From Parabacteroides sp. (GTDB taxonomy: Bacteria; Bacteroidota; Bacteroidia; Bacteroidales; Tannerellaceae): a stretch of 64,000 nucleotides of DNA. Below are positions 17,101 to 26,484 of this stretch, piece by piece. The first letter of the stretch is position 1. Every line of letters starts with the position of its first letter. The translations under genes and the position numbers were made by a program. The notes below the pieces were generated by a model. It was given only the letters and a program-made list of their open reading frames with translations, ran no database searches and had not been told where the DNA came from. Where the stretch lies: assembly GCA_017560165.1 (NCBI GenBank), contig JAFYOM010000014.1, positions 74,071-138,070 on the forward strand, read 5' to 3'.

Positions 17101-19340
17101 AATCCAGTGCCACTATATTCGCTTTTGTATGGATAATGGCTGCATATTGTGGTGGCTTTAATCGCTTTTGGATTAGTAATCCAGTTGATTTGCCCTATCA
17201 CTGAACCTCCATTTAGCGTTTCTTGACCCGTAAACTCATACTTCGCAATCTTCCTCGTTGTTTGTACCTGACCGAGGTATGTAGGCGTTGTTGTGCCACC
17301 GCATTCTATGGGTAGGTAGTAGCCGTTATCAACGATTAAGTCTGCACAATTTGCTGTAATAGCAGCTGTTACTGTACCATATGCAGAATAGTCACTATCA
17401 CCGCATACAAATATAGCAAGATAATTTTCATTGGATTCCGCTGTTAGCGTGAACACATCAGATTGATTAAAAACATCAGTTCTTAAACACGTATGATATT
17501 CTGTCGGGGGTGCTGATGTTGTAACCCACCGAACAGAAGTTGATGATGAAACTCTTTTTACACCACTAACATAGTACTTCTTTCCGTATTCTATCGGTAT
17601 ATAAACAAATGCGTTGTTTGTCGTGTTTATTAACATATTATCTGTTGTACTATAATATCTGTTCGCAATCAATGGGTTGTTTACATCGAATAAATTCGCC
17701 GTTTTATCACCAGTCTCATCAGGCATAATTATTGAACTTGGAGAGGGTGTTCCTTGTTGATCCATGTTGCCTTCAATATCGCATCTTATTAGCGGATTTC
17801 CATCTCCGATAAACTTTATACCAGATCCAGTAGTGTCAGTTTTAGTAGATGTAGGTGGTGGAACATTTACAGTGATACTGTTGTAGAGTGTTGTATCGTA
17901 TGTATCATTGACTGTTATCTCTGTAGGCATTGCTGTTTGTGAAACAAGAGTTGCATTGTTAACAACTTTACCCTCATCTTCCACCGTGTATGTATTTGGA
18001 ACATTAACATTGATTTCGTTGTAACCAATATAAGTTCCTTTTTTATTATATGTAAACGATGCAGATGAAGGTTTCAATGTTGTATCGATATTTATAATAT
18101 TTTGAGCATTTTGTTCAAGTGGAATATTTACATCTATTGATAATTCATCCGCATACTCACCAATCTTCATCAACGGTTCATTGACTATGCCTGTGGTTGG
18201 CTCTGCAAGAACATACCAGATTGTTACGGGAGTTCCTACGGCATATTGTGATGACATATATTGTTGCACTTCTGCTGCCGTGGTAATACCAGTTGGCAAA
18301 GCAGATTCAAACAGTTTTAACCTTTTATTTCCAGTTGTCACACAAATACCGTCAGTAGGTGAGGAAATAAAGTGAGTGCAAACAGTCAAAGAATTAGGTA
18401 GTGCAAGATTATCAATTATATCCGTGTAAAAAGCTCGTGATGATTTTGTCCACACTTCCTCACCAGTAAACTCATACTTCCTAATCTTCCTTGTTGTCTC
18501 CACTTCACCCAAATACACATTCGTAGTTGTGCCACCGCATGAAATCAGGATTTTGTAGCCAAACGGCTCGTAGGGTAAAGTTGAGTCTGGGTTGAGCATA
18601 ATATTTGATATGTTTACTGTGTATTTACTTCCCGTACCTGTACTAATCCATATATAGTTTAGTCCCTGTGGTACTGTAAAAGTTTTCGAGGTATTCTGGT
18701 CGCGTGGTATAATTGTTGTAAATTTTGACGTATCCGAAAATGGGATAGGTAACTGTGTACTACTGGTTGCATAAACGCCCCAATTCACATTAGGTGTGAC
18801 AGATGCTGTAACCGCAAGGGTGCTTCCATTTTCAAAAAATCCAAGCAAAACATAGGCAGAATGTGACGTTTCCTTGTTCACGATTTCGATATTATTGTTG
18901 TTGATTGTAAAATCAACATAACTATCGTCATTTATTAGATTAGCATTATAACCAACCGCAAACATAGTACTTGCAATATCAAACAAATTCGCCGTTTTAT
19001 CACCAGTACCTTGTGGCATAATGGGGTTATCGGGACTCGGTGTACCAGACTGGTTAGTGTTACCAATAACATCAACATGTTTCAGCGGAGTACCTGTAGC
19101 ATCTAAAACAGTCGCAGGAAACGTGGTTGTTGTCAATGTTGTTTCTTCACCTGAATAATATTTGCCATTAGAAGTTATCGTGATATCAGTTAATTCATTT
19201 TTAATGGATAATATATCATCGGCAAATTCTTCTAAACCGTCTCCAGAATTAACGGTACCACCCTTTGTAATAATCGAATTCTTAATTGCAGGAACCGTAG
19301 CTTTTAATCTTTCGATATTTTGTTCTATTGTATTCGGCAT
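14172..19340 (-). CDS. DGR target 1: large tail fibre/receptor-binding protein with duplicated modules, BspA-type LRRs and C-terminal C-type-lectin/FGE-like domain
   Basis: 1722 aa; IPNTVTSIGDYAFYSCRSLSSI repeats; GIENFWGNIFDWIDG; ends in VR (LLGGRWTNGSNAGAFYWHCNNTSSYASAGIGARL). Confidence 0.9.
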   Translation of the reverse strand: MPNTIEQNIERLKATVPAIKNSIITKGGTVNSGDGLEEFADDILSIKNELTDITITSNGKYYSGEETTLTTTTFPATVLDATGTPLKHVDVIGNTNQSGTPSPDNPIMPQGTGDKTANLFDIASTMFAVGYNANLINDDSYVDFTINNNNIEIVNKETSHSAYVLLGFFENGSTLAVTASVTPNVNWGVYATSSTQLPIPFSDTSKFTTIIPRDQNTSKTFTVPQGLNYIWISTGTGSKYTVNISNIMLNPDSTLPYEPFGYKILISCGGTTTNVYLGEVETTRKIRKYEFTGEEVWTKSSRAFYTDIIDNLALPNSLTVCTHFISSPTDGICVTTGNKRLKLFESALPTGITTAAEVQQYMSSQYAVGTPVTIWYVLAEPTTGIVNEPLMKIGEYADELSIDVNIPLEQNAQNIINIDTTLKPSSASFTYNKKGTYIGYNEINVNVPNTYTVEDEGKVVNNATLVSQTAMPTEITVNDTYDTTLYNSITVNVPPPTSTKTDTTGSGIKFIGDGNPLIRCDIEGNMDQQGTPSPSSIIMPDETGDKTANLFDVNNPLIANRYYSTTDNMLINTTNNAFVYIPIEYGKKYYVSGVKRVSSSTSVRWVTTSAPPTEYHTCLRTDVFNQSDVFTLTAESNENYLAIFVCGDSDYSAYGTVTAAITANCADLIVDNGYYLPIECGGTTTPTYLGQVQTTRKIAKYEFTGQETLNGGSVIGQINWITNPKAIKATTICSHYPYKSEYSGTGFPYIWITESSSSGLLWFELPRDYGTDVQDAINKFKQYLADQYANGTPVTVWYVRSTATTGIVNEPIRKIGDYADSVSPTGIPTIAGLNEFRVATTLPPSKTTIEYRYIENIPILDSKTITANGIYNASDDNLDGYSSVNVDVADGSNADVVFYDYDGTVATSYSAADFANLSAMPTNPTRTGLTSQGWNWSLSDAKTYVAAYGKLDIGQMYTTSDGKTRIYINLSEGRISPLMMLYLNANTELDIDWGDNSTHSTWTTTSADYKSERHSYPDKGAYVIVITVVSGSFIFQSQSTSYNTFFTDGNNTSNSSDRAYLNSIQKIEIGTGITTIGDYAFDGCYSLSSISIPDSVTSIGQYAFNNCYTLSSISIPNTATSIQSYVFMNCDSLLSVTIPNTVTSIGDYAFYSCRSLSSINIPNNVTSIGDYAFYSCRSLSSINIPNNVTSIGDNTFSSCYSLSSIIIPNTVTSIGDNTFSSCYSLSSIIIPGNVTAIGSYSFQNCNSMDYIKFIPTTPPTVSNSNAWSGVSTSTIIYVPAESINAYKTATYYPNPSSYKYVGYATYASGDSLPSSIPGYSLTWYATIEDWIAETNPITVGNGNEVYAKTTVVTSITRETDFVNNVTTRSTDGIEALNVYRNINRCNVADDGTINAYYSDVSYTEDGSNGQVMVKIPKFYYKLDVSQTGDLDGVNIRKGRWSIADTKLDNSYKLHPAFLAADGVTELDYFLYGAFDGVGQNSEGIYNTSYNTSSAKLSSVAGSTYVPSNSMTRATARTMAANRGTGWYQAAVKQTMAIQMLFAVEYGFNSQVAVGKGVTNASAATYAGQTTGNITSGTQSNETTPVNWRGIENFWGNIFDWIDGLNINERVPYICDDYTFVDNTSTGYTQISFSLPTTNYITALGYDSTNDWVMLPSESSSTSNPNGPIGDYVHSNAGWRVSLLGGRWTNGSNAGAFYWHCNNTSSYASAGIGARLMYIPSAV
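14200..14330 (-). repeat. DGR variable repeat VR1
   Basis: 23 of 23 mismatches to TR fall at adenines (17 A>G, 4 A>T, 2 A>C). Confidence 0.95.
15590..16140 (-). repeat. 69-bp (23-aa) tandem LRR repeats
   Basis: Units 15763-15831 and 15832-15900 are identical at DNA level; further near-identical units flank them. Confidence 0.85.
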
Positions 19341-19341
19341 G

Positions 19342-20097
19342 TTACAGCACCTCCTCGAGCGAAGAATTTACATATCCAAGAACAGAAGATATTACTTTGT
19401 TTTGAACAGGATTAATAGATGTATCTGACAAAGCATCATCCACATCTGATTTCTTAACAGCATTCATTTCCAAATCATTAATATTTGAAACATCCTGTGA
19501 TTTAATTCCGGAATTTATTGCGGCCCACTGCTCTGATGTGAATGATGAATTATTTAAATTATATTCATATGCCCAGTTCGAATCAGATACAGCCGGTTCA
19601 ACCCATTTGTATCTTTCATAATGATTTACCGTTTGAGGTTCACCTTGATTATACACGATTAAAAATGCATAATCATTCTTGTTTGCAGTTACAGCATCCA
19701 TATCCTGTTTGGAAGTAAATGTTCCTTTGAAATCCGCAGTAGCAGTTTGAATAGATGAATTAACAAAATTTGTCATTACACCATTCTCAATAGCATTTGT
19801 TGAAGTTGTACTAATAGTAGAATCAATCCTGTTAGATATCATATTTTCAACTTCTTCTGGAGTTACTCCAGAAGGACCAGGTTTCTCCTCGGGGAAATAA
19901 TCATAATAATTTTCACCGTTAATGATTTTATTTGTACCTGCTTCATATATCCAATAATCAGGTATCTGTATCAATTGCCAAACATCCAATGCTGTAGCAT
20001 TATAGTTTCGACATGGTTGCGAAGCTCCTATGATTGCAATTGGTCTTGTCTTAGATACTTTGTCAATAACATCTATAGCTATTGTCGTTTCAGCCAT
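19342..20097 (-). CDS. putative tail-fibre-associated virion protein
   Basis: 251 aa; DSTISTTSTNAIENG and DDALSDTSINPVQNKVI motifs are typical of Firmicutes phage fibres; co-operonic with the fibre gene. Confidence 0.55.
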   Translation of the reverse strand: MAETTIAIDVIDKVSKTRPIAIIGASQPCRNYNATALDVWQLIQIPDYWIYEAGTNKIINGENYYDYFPEEKPGPSGVTPEEVENMISNRIDSTISTTSTNAIENGVMTNFVNSSIQTATADFKGTFTSKQDMDAVTANKNDYAFLIVYNQGEPQTVNHYERYKWVEPAVSDSNWAYEYNLNNSSFTSEQWAAINSGIKSQDVSNINDLEMNAVKKSDVDDALSDTSINPVQNKVISSVLGYVNSSLEEVL

Positions 20098-20125
20098 AAT
20101 TATTCATTCCTTTCGTTTAAAATAA

Positions 20126-20147
20126 ATGGGGCGGGTCTCCGCCCCAT
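20126..20147 (-). terminator. GC hairpin
   Basis: ATGGGGCGG-GTCT-CCGCCCCAT. Confidence 0.55.
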
Positions 20148-20154
20148 ATTTAAA

Positions 20155-21510
20155 TCATGTATTGTCGGTTACAACAGGGACAAGATTTCCTAACAAAACA
20201 TCATCATCAAATACACCAGATGCTGTGAAATCTGTTGTTGATTGATATAATGAACCGTAAGTTTTATATGTTAACTGACCTTTCAAGAATTCTTTACCCT
20301 GTTTATATGACAATAACGCGAGTGGTATAGCTTCCAATGCAGAAACACGTTGTGACAAAGTCTGGATTGCCAAATCATGTTCAATATCCTTAGCTTCTAA
20401 GGCAGCAACCTTATTTGTCAATGTAACAATGTTCTGACGATTGAGCTCAACTTGTCCTTCAAGATTTGTTAATCTTGCATCCTGATCATTGTCTTTGTTA
20501 TGTATTGCTGTTATCTCAGCTTCTATTGCAGATACTTCATTTCTGAGTTGTGTGATACTTTGTTCTGTTGGTTCATTTAAAGCAAACCATATTGGCGAAG
20601 TATCACCACATGCTATCGGAAGTGATGTAAATGCGATGAAATCCAATCTCAAACGTGTTGTAATATTTGCAATATATTCAAAAGATTTCTGTACAGCACA
20701 CTCGCCGATGAGAATAACATCATCAGGTGTTTCTTCAGATATTTCATGTTCTTGGAGAAGGATCTTTCTATTATTATCCGTGAATGTATAATAAGGATTC
20801 AATGATGGATCTTGTAGATGTGACTTAGTATCAATAACCTCAATAAATGCTTCGACATTTTTGATGGTTATTATGTATCTTCCCTGATATGTCATTGCAG
20901 GAATATTATCGATTATTAATCCCTTTGCAGATTGGACAAACACGTCTTTGATTGATGTAAAATGGAAATGTGTTGTATCGACTTTACAATCTGTATGACC
21001 CTCATATTCAATACCACCATCAATATTGTTTATTGCATAATGGATTCGGAATTTGATTCCATTTTTTATTATCGGGAGAACACCCGATAATTCTTCATAT
21101 TTTCTTGCAATGTAGTTTTTGAGAAAATCGAATCTCACGGTGTTTGTTAATGATGAATCTGTAAAGTCAAATCTTGCGGTAAGATTTATACATGACGGAT
21201 CATCACGTTTTGTAACACGGGTATATATGTTTTCCGAGAATGTTAACGCCTGACCATATGACATGTTTGTTGTATCTATGAGATATGGATTCGCATCATT
21301 AATCAACGCAAATCCGTTTCCTTTGAATATTCCGGATGTTGGATAATCCTTCAATGAAGGTTCTGTGTTATCACAGCAACAACATGCATATGAATTAACA
21401 TTAACGGGTCTTACATATGGATATGATCCAGGTATTACAAATTCTGCAAATCGAACGGGTATTACATTTTCACCCGTCGGTTGATTGCAATTACAATTAC
21501 ATTTGCTCAT
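20155..21510 (-). CDS. putative virion fibre-like protein with coiled coil
   Basis: 451 aa; heptad region ITQLRNEVSAIE...VSALEA and a small aromatic C-terminal module. Confidence 0.55.
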   Translation of the reverse strand: MSKCNCNCNQPTGENVIPVRFAEFVIPGSYPYVRPVNVNSYACCCCDNTEPSLKDYPTSGIFKGNGFALINDANPYLIDTTNMSYGQALTFSENIYTRVTKRDDPSCINLTARFDFTDSSLTNTVRFDFLKNYIARKYEELSGVLPIIKNGIKFRIHYAINNIDGGIEYEGHTDCKVDTTHFHFTSIKDVFVQSAKGLIIDNIPAMTYQGRYIITIKNVEAFIEVIDTKSHLQDPSLNPYYTFTDNNRKILLQEHEISEETPDDVILIGECAVQKSFEYIANITTRLRLDFIAFTSLPIACGDTSPIWFALNEPTEQSITQLRNEVSAIEAEITAIHNKDNDQDARLTNLEGQVELNRQNIVTLTNKVAALEAKDIEHDLAIQTLSQRVSALEAIPLALLSYKQGKEFLKGQLTYKTYGSLYQSTTDFTASGVFDDDVLLGNLVPVVTDNT

Positions 21511-21527
21511 AATTATTCATTCCTTTC

Positions 21528-22808
21528 TTATTTGAATTGGAGGATGTATTTAATGATGTATATGATTATAGGTGTCCACAAATAAACTTCTTCGGACAAA
21601 GAATAATCAAATAATTGATCACCTGTATACAATGACAATTGTTCAAGTGTATTTAATTTGCCATGTATGAAATCGTGTATAATTGAAATATAATCAAAAC
21701 GTTTCAATTGGTAATGCCGAACACATGTTTCACGTTTTGGACAACATCTACAATCACATTCAGCACATGGACGTGTATCTGTTTCATTCTCAAGAATATT
21801 CATAACTTCGATTGGAAAGAAGTCTTCGCATTCTGGAGATTTACACCATGGATTTGATGGAATCATTATATCTACATCAGTACCATACATCGCGAATGAA
21901 GAATCGGGATAATCGAATCCTTTTCTGATGTAGTATTTAAATGTATCCAAATATCTCAATGGAGCATCTCGTTCGATCCATTTGTATGGGGATTTCTGAT
22001 AATAATCATCCATTTCGGGACGACGCAACTTATTAGGATTAAGAACAATATTTCTCACAGCATCATCATTAATCATCAATCCATGTTTTGCCATAAACAT
22101 ATTTGCACATACATCGAATAATGTCCTACCGTTTAAATGCAACATGTAGCAGTTATGAGTATGGTCATAGAATCTTGCAGTATATGATTCAACCATATCA
22201 TTTACCATTTTAATGATTCTATTTCGATATTCATAATCCTGTTTTCCTATTACTGGAACAAGATCATTACCACCGATCGTTCTCAAATCAGTAACAAATG
22301 TTTCAACAGTCTGTTTATAAACCCAAGAAATCTCATCCGGATTAGTTGAGAATAATGAATATGAACACTTGTAGAATCCATTAGCATTTAATCCATCCTG
22401 TGTAACTTGTGTTATTCTGAAAATATGATTCATATTAATATGATTAATAATAAAGAAATCATTTTCCTTTGGTTGAATAGTATCCGGTATAATGTATAAT
22501 TCACCGTTTAATGCGTAATTTCTCACAGTTGTTTGAGAAGCATTTGATTCTTCTGGAGATAACGGTGATAATCCTATTACGGGAAACTTTTCTATCCTGT
22601 TATATCTAAGAGGAGAATTTGTTCCTAATACCTGATAATGCGTGTCTGTACCGAATGATGTTGTTGTTTTTGCATCATTGATATTAAAATATGTCACAAT
22701 GGTTCTACCATCACCGGTATATTTTGTTAAACGGGAATGCAGATATTGATCATATTTATACACTTGGGAATCTATCAAAGATTGTTCATCATATATTAAT
22801 CCACTCAT
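21528..22808 (-). CDS. putative virion structural protein
   Basis: 426 aa, first gene of the minus-strand late operon; function inferred from context only. Confidence 0.5.
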   Translation of the reverse strand: MSGLIYDEQSLIDSQVYKYDQYLHSRLTKYTGDGRTIVTYFNINDAKTTTSFGTDTHYQVLGTNSPLRYNRIEKFPVIGLSPLSPEESNASQTTVRNYALNGELYIIPDTIQPKENDFFIINHINMNHIFRITQVTQDGLNANGFYKCSYSLFSTNPDEISWVYKQTVETFVTDLRTIGGNDLVPVIGKQDYEYRNRIIKMVNDMVESYTARFYDHTHNCYMLHLNGRTLFDVCANMFMAKHGLMINDDAVRNIVLNPNKLRRPEMDDYYQKSPYKWIERDAPLRYLDTFKYYIRKGFDYPDSSFAMYGTDVDIMIPSNPWCKSPECEDFFPIEVMNILENETDTRPCAECDCRCCPKRETCVRHYQLKRFDYISIIHDFIHGKLNTLEQLSLYTGDQLFDYSLSEEVYLWTPIIIYIIKYILQFK

Positions 22809-22989
22809 TTATTTCACCATCTTTCTATTATAAATTGAAGATATCTGTTATCAACATTATGATTCGGTTTTCAATTATTTTTTATTCTCTGTATATATAT
22901 TATAATATTGGAGGACGGTATAGGAATGTAGTAATATAGTAAATTAATACATAAAAATACTGTTATAATCCAAATAATATAATGAAAGG

Positions 22990-23481
22990 ATGTGTGTAGA
23001 AATGGATCTATGCATAGTAAAGATTGTTTATGGACATATAAACAACACAGTGTTCTGTGGTCTATCAAGAAGCATCACAGGAGCATTAAACGTAATTAAG
23101 GAAGTATATCCAAAAAGTATCGATGGTAAAATCGAATCTTATTCACCAACAAGGATGATTATTTTGTTGGATAAGAATAAGAAGGTTTACGCATTGATCG
23201 AATTGGAGAAGAAAGAAGTAATTAACAATGTAGAATGGGTTGTTACAAAACGCAACAATGAAGGATATGTGTCAGATACAGTATGGGGTGTGTTTGATAC
23301 AAAGAATAAAGCAGAAGCCTTTGTGGATCAAAATGTAGAAGATCCAGTAAGAACCATCAGAGAAAAATGTAATATCGAAGAAATCGATGGATATAAACCA
23401 TTCCATCGAATCATCGGTGATGAGAACCCTGAGCTTAATAAAGTTCATTACACAATCTACATGACCGATGTAAAAGATTAA
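22990..23481 (+). CDS. hypothetical protein
   Basis: 163 aa, downstream of the TATATTAT motif at 22896. Confidence 0.65.
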   Translation: MCVEMDLCIVKIVYGHINNTVFCGLSRSITGALNVIKEVYPKSIDGKIESYSPTRMIILLDKNKKVYALIELEKKEVINNVEWVVTKRNNEGYVSDTVWGVFDTKNKAEAFVDQNVEDPVRTIREKCNIEEIDGYKPFHRIIGDENPELNKVHYTIYMTDVKD

Positions 23482-23560
23482 TGCGTATGCAACAAGAATT
23501 AAAGATTCAATCGAATCCAGAACAAACCATATCAAAAAGAATATAATGGAGGAATAAAAA

Positions 23561-24193
23561 ATGAAACTTATTGAAAATGAAATGACGAGATGTGACTTAA
23601 TGAGTGTTATATCTCTATCACAAATCGGTACTATTCAGGCAGATGATTCTATCGATATAAAACGAAAACAAATAATCATGTCTAAGATATTACTTGCGGG
23701 AGCTGTATTCGATGGAGTAGCATGCGGATTTTATAAACATGAATTTATTGTAGATGATGTCAGATATCCAATTTTGCTTTCACCATCTATGGCAACAATC
23801 GGAGAACCTGATTCTCGTGATGGAGCATATGTATACATCACAAGAAACCAAGGCGGCTTCTATAAAATGCCGAAACCAGATTCAAGAATCGAAAATGTTA
23901 TTTGTATATATGGAAGCTTTGATATTGAAAATCCATGTGTCGAATTTTATTACGGTGAACTTCTAATGTGTTCTGTTTCCTTTATTGAAAATGGCAACCA
24001 AGTTGTTCCTCACATAACAATGTGTGATACCGACGATTTAAAAGATGAATTCATGAATCAATCATATCAATTGATTCAAGAGTTTGCTCAATCGGCAATA
24101 GCATCAATCAATCTAAGTTTCATGGCCGGATACAAAGAAGGTTATGAAAAAGCGGCTAATGAAATGAATAATAATATTGAAGGAGAAGAATGA
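23561..24193 (+). CDS. hypothetical protein
   Basis: 210 aa, GGAGG RBS. Confidence 0.7.
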   Translation: MKLIENEMTRCDLMSVISLSQIGTIQADDSIDIKRKQIIMSKILLAGAVFDGVACGFYKHEFIVDDVRYPILLSPSMATIGEPDSRDGAYVYITRNQGGFYKMPKPDSRIENVICIYGSFDIENPCVEFYYGELLMCSVSFIENGNQVVPHITMCDTDDLKDEFMNQSYQLIQEFAQSAIASINLSFMAGYKEGYEKAANEMNNNIEGEE

Positions 24194-24960
24194 TTATGAA
24201 TGTCAAATTATTGGAACACACACCAAATCCTGAGAATCTCATCGCTGCTGCAGCTAAGTTATGTTATTCATCATCAACTGTTGATGAATTAATAATGGAT
24301 AATATGACCGATGAGAGTGTTGAGAAATTCCTCAATATGTTGTTCGATCTTGGACACGAATCACCAATCGAACATGCATCATTTACATTTGCAATCGAAG
24401 GAATCTCTCGTGCTTGTTCTCACCAGCTGGTGAGACACAGAATAGCTTCATATTCTCAGAAGAGTCAGCGTTATGTGTCAGAAAATCAGTTCGAATATGT
24501 AACACCTCCATCTATAAAAGAATACGGTGCAGAAGAGATATTTGATGAAACAATGTATAAGATACAGTGTGAGTATGAGAATATCAGAGACTTGCTCATA
24601 GAGGGAATGGTCAAACGTGGAATGAATCGTAAAGCTGCGGAAAAGAAAGCGAATGAAGATGCAAGATTTGTTTTGCCAAATGCATGTACAACATCCATCA
24701 TCGTTACAATGAACATCCGTTCATTGTTCAACTTCTTCAAACATAGATGTTGTAACCGTGCTCAGTGGGAGATACGTGATATGGCAACACGCATGTGGAA
24801 ATTGTGTATGGAGGTGTCTCCGACAATATTCAAACATGCTGGTCCGGATTGTGTTACAAAGAACAAATGTGGAGAAGGCAAAATGACATGTGGCAAATTC
24901 TCAGAAAAGAAAATGGAATTTGATTTCACATCATTTGTTATCGAAAATAAAAATGAATGA
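24190..24960 (+). CDS. thyX: FAD-dependent thymidylate synthase
   Basis: GHESPIEH, ISRACSHQLVRHRIASYSQKSQRY (RHRx7S motif), EDARFVLPNA, RAQWEIR. Confidence 0.95.
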   Translation: MIMNVKLLEHTPNPENLIAAAAKLCYSSSTVDELIMDNMTDESVEKFLNMLFDLGHESPIEHASFTFAIEGISRACSHQLVRHRIASYSQKSQRYVSENQFEYVTPPSIKEYGAEEIFDETMYKIQCEYENIRDLLIEGMVKRGMNRKAAEKKANEDARFVLPNACTTSIIVTMNIRSLFNFFKHRCCNRAQWEIRDMATRMWKLCMEVSPTIFKHAGPDCVTKNKCGEGKMTCGKFSEKKMEFDFTSFVIENKNE

Positions 24961-25040
24961 TTTGAATGGGGGCAATTGCCCCCGTTTATTTATATCACTT
25001 TTTATGTATATTCGTATATACATCATTATTGTGAAAGGAG

Positions 25041-26255
25041 TTGAGTTATATGGACGAAAACCTCGATATTCAAAATAGCTTGTTGTTGCCAGTTGAACAT
25101 CTTCAAAACTTGTTGGATAAGTTAGAAGCCGGTGTTGATGTGGCAATGAGCAGTCTGGAAAAGATGGAAGTCCAGAAATATGTCAAATTAATGGAAGCTC
25201 AATTATTTGATGACGATGATGAAGATGGTGTGGATGTTTCGTTATCTCCAGAGGAAGAAGAAAGACGTAAAGAGATATTACGTCAAAAGATCGAAGCAGA
25301 AAAAAGAAAAGCACGTACGAAGGATGTAGCTTATATCAAATTGACAAAAGAACAGATGGAACAACTTAAAAGAGATATGAGTACAGCATACGTTCGTGCA
25401 GATCCAAGATCGATTTATAACAAAACCGACGATCAGTTATATCGTAATAAAGAAGAAAAAGCATTATCTGATAAATTAAACAAAATCAGAAACTGTTATT
25501 ACGATGCAGAAGAATGGCGGAGTGTTGTAGATCTGATTATGAAAGGAATCGAATACGAATTACATGGTGACAAATTTGCATATCTTGGTTCATATGAAAC
25601 GAGATTAAAAGCATTTAAAGAAGGCAAAATAAAAATGAAAGTTAAATTGCCGAAACTGTATCTCAACAGAATATCTCCAGAAACAGATCCGGAAGTATTA
25701 TGCGGAATATATAATGGCGATATTACAATTGTTGATAAGAAACAGACTGAAGGTATTCATCATAATTCATATAAGAATTCAAAGCTCGTAACAATGGATA
25801 TACCAAGTATATGTGAACGGGAACATCAGTATTATCTCAATATGCATAGAAGAGGTTATATGACACCGTTGAGTGGTGCTATTAAAGCCAAGAGTACTAT
25901 CTACAATCGTTTTGTCGAAACCAAGAACACAAATAAGACATTTGGTATTGTTGATAAGAATGGTGTACCTATCGAATATGATTGGTTAAAATTGGGAGCA
26001 CAGGAGTATTATAGATTACTTCATAAAATTACACCAAGTATGGATAGTATCGTTGATAATCTCCAGAAAGCGAACGGTGGTAAACTTAATAAGGTTCTTT
26101 CCGAACGTTTGAATCTTGTAACACATATTAATCCAGATGGATATTCAACAGAACGTGTTGAACCAAACTGGTTGTCTTCATCGGTACAAGTTAAACCCGA
26201 AGTTATAAAACTCGAACAAGAATTGTTAAATGCAATTCAAGTAACAAATCCATGA
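25041..26255 (+). CDS. hypothetical protein
   Basis: 404 aa; AAAGGAG RBS suggests the start is ATG 25049-25052 region. Confidence 0.7.
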   Translation: MSYMDENLDIQNSLLLPVEHLQNLLDKLEAGVDVAMSSLEKMEVQKYVKLMEAQLFDDDDEDGVDVSLSPEEEERRKEILRQKIEAEKRKARTKDVAYIKLTKEQMEQLKRDMSTAYVRADPRSIYNKTDDQLYRNKEEKALSDKLNKIRNCYYDAEEWRSVVDLIMKGIEYELHGDKFAYLGSYETRLKAFKEGKIKMKVKLPKLYLNRISPETDPEVLCGIYNGDITIVDKKQTEGIHHNSYKNSKLVTMDIPSICEREHQYYLNMHRRGYMTPLSGAIKAKSTIYNRFVETKNTNKTFGIVDKNGVPIEYDWLKLGAQEYYRLLHKITPSMDSIVDNLQKANGGKLNKVLSERLNLVTHINPDGYSTERVEPNWLSSSVQVKPEVIKLEQELLNAIQVTNP

Positions 26256-26413
26256 GTTTAAATGTAAACTCAAATTAACCGTTTTGATAATAAGGGGCGT
26301 TCTCTCTGAGCCTTTTATTATAATATTTATCGGGGGAAATTTAACCACTAACAATCATCCCCCGGTTGTGTTTCTTTCTTTAGTAAATTTCTTTATATGA
26401 TTTAATTTGATTT

Positions 26414-26482
26414 AATGGGGGCTTTCGCCCCCGATTCTTTTTTATTTGTAAAAAGAAATTAGGGGTGTTTCCACCCCTAATA
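26414..26482. terminator. paired terminators between convergent genes
   Basis: GGGGGC-TTTC-GCCCCC plus T run, and ATTAGGGGTG-TTTC-CACCCCTAAT. Confidence 0.7.
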
Positions 26483-26484
26483 GA

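Noticed and set aside
24190-24960. Uracil-containing DNA as in AR9/PBS1
   Set aside because: An intact thyX argues for dTMP synthesis; nothing in the window supports U-DNA.
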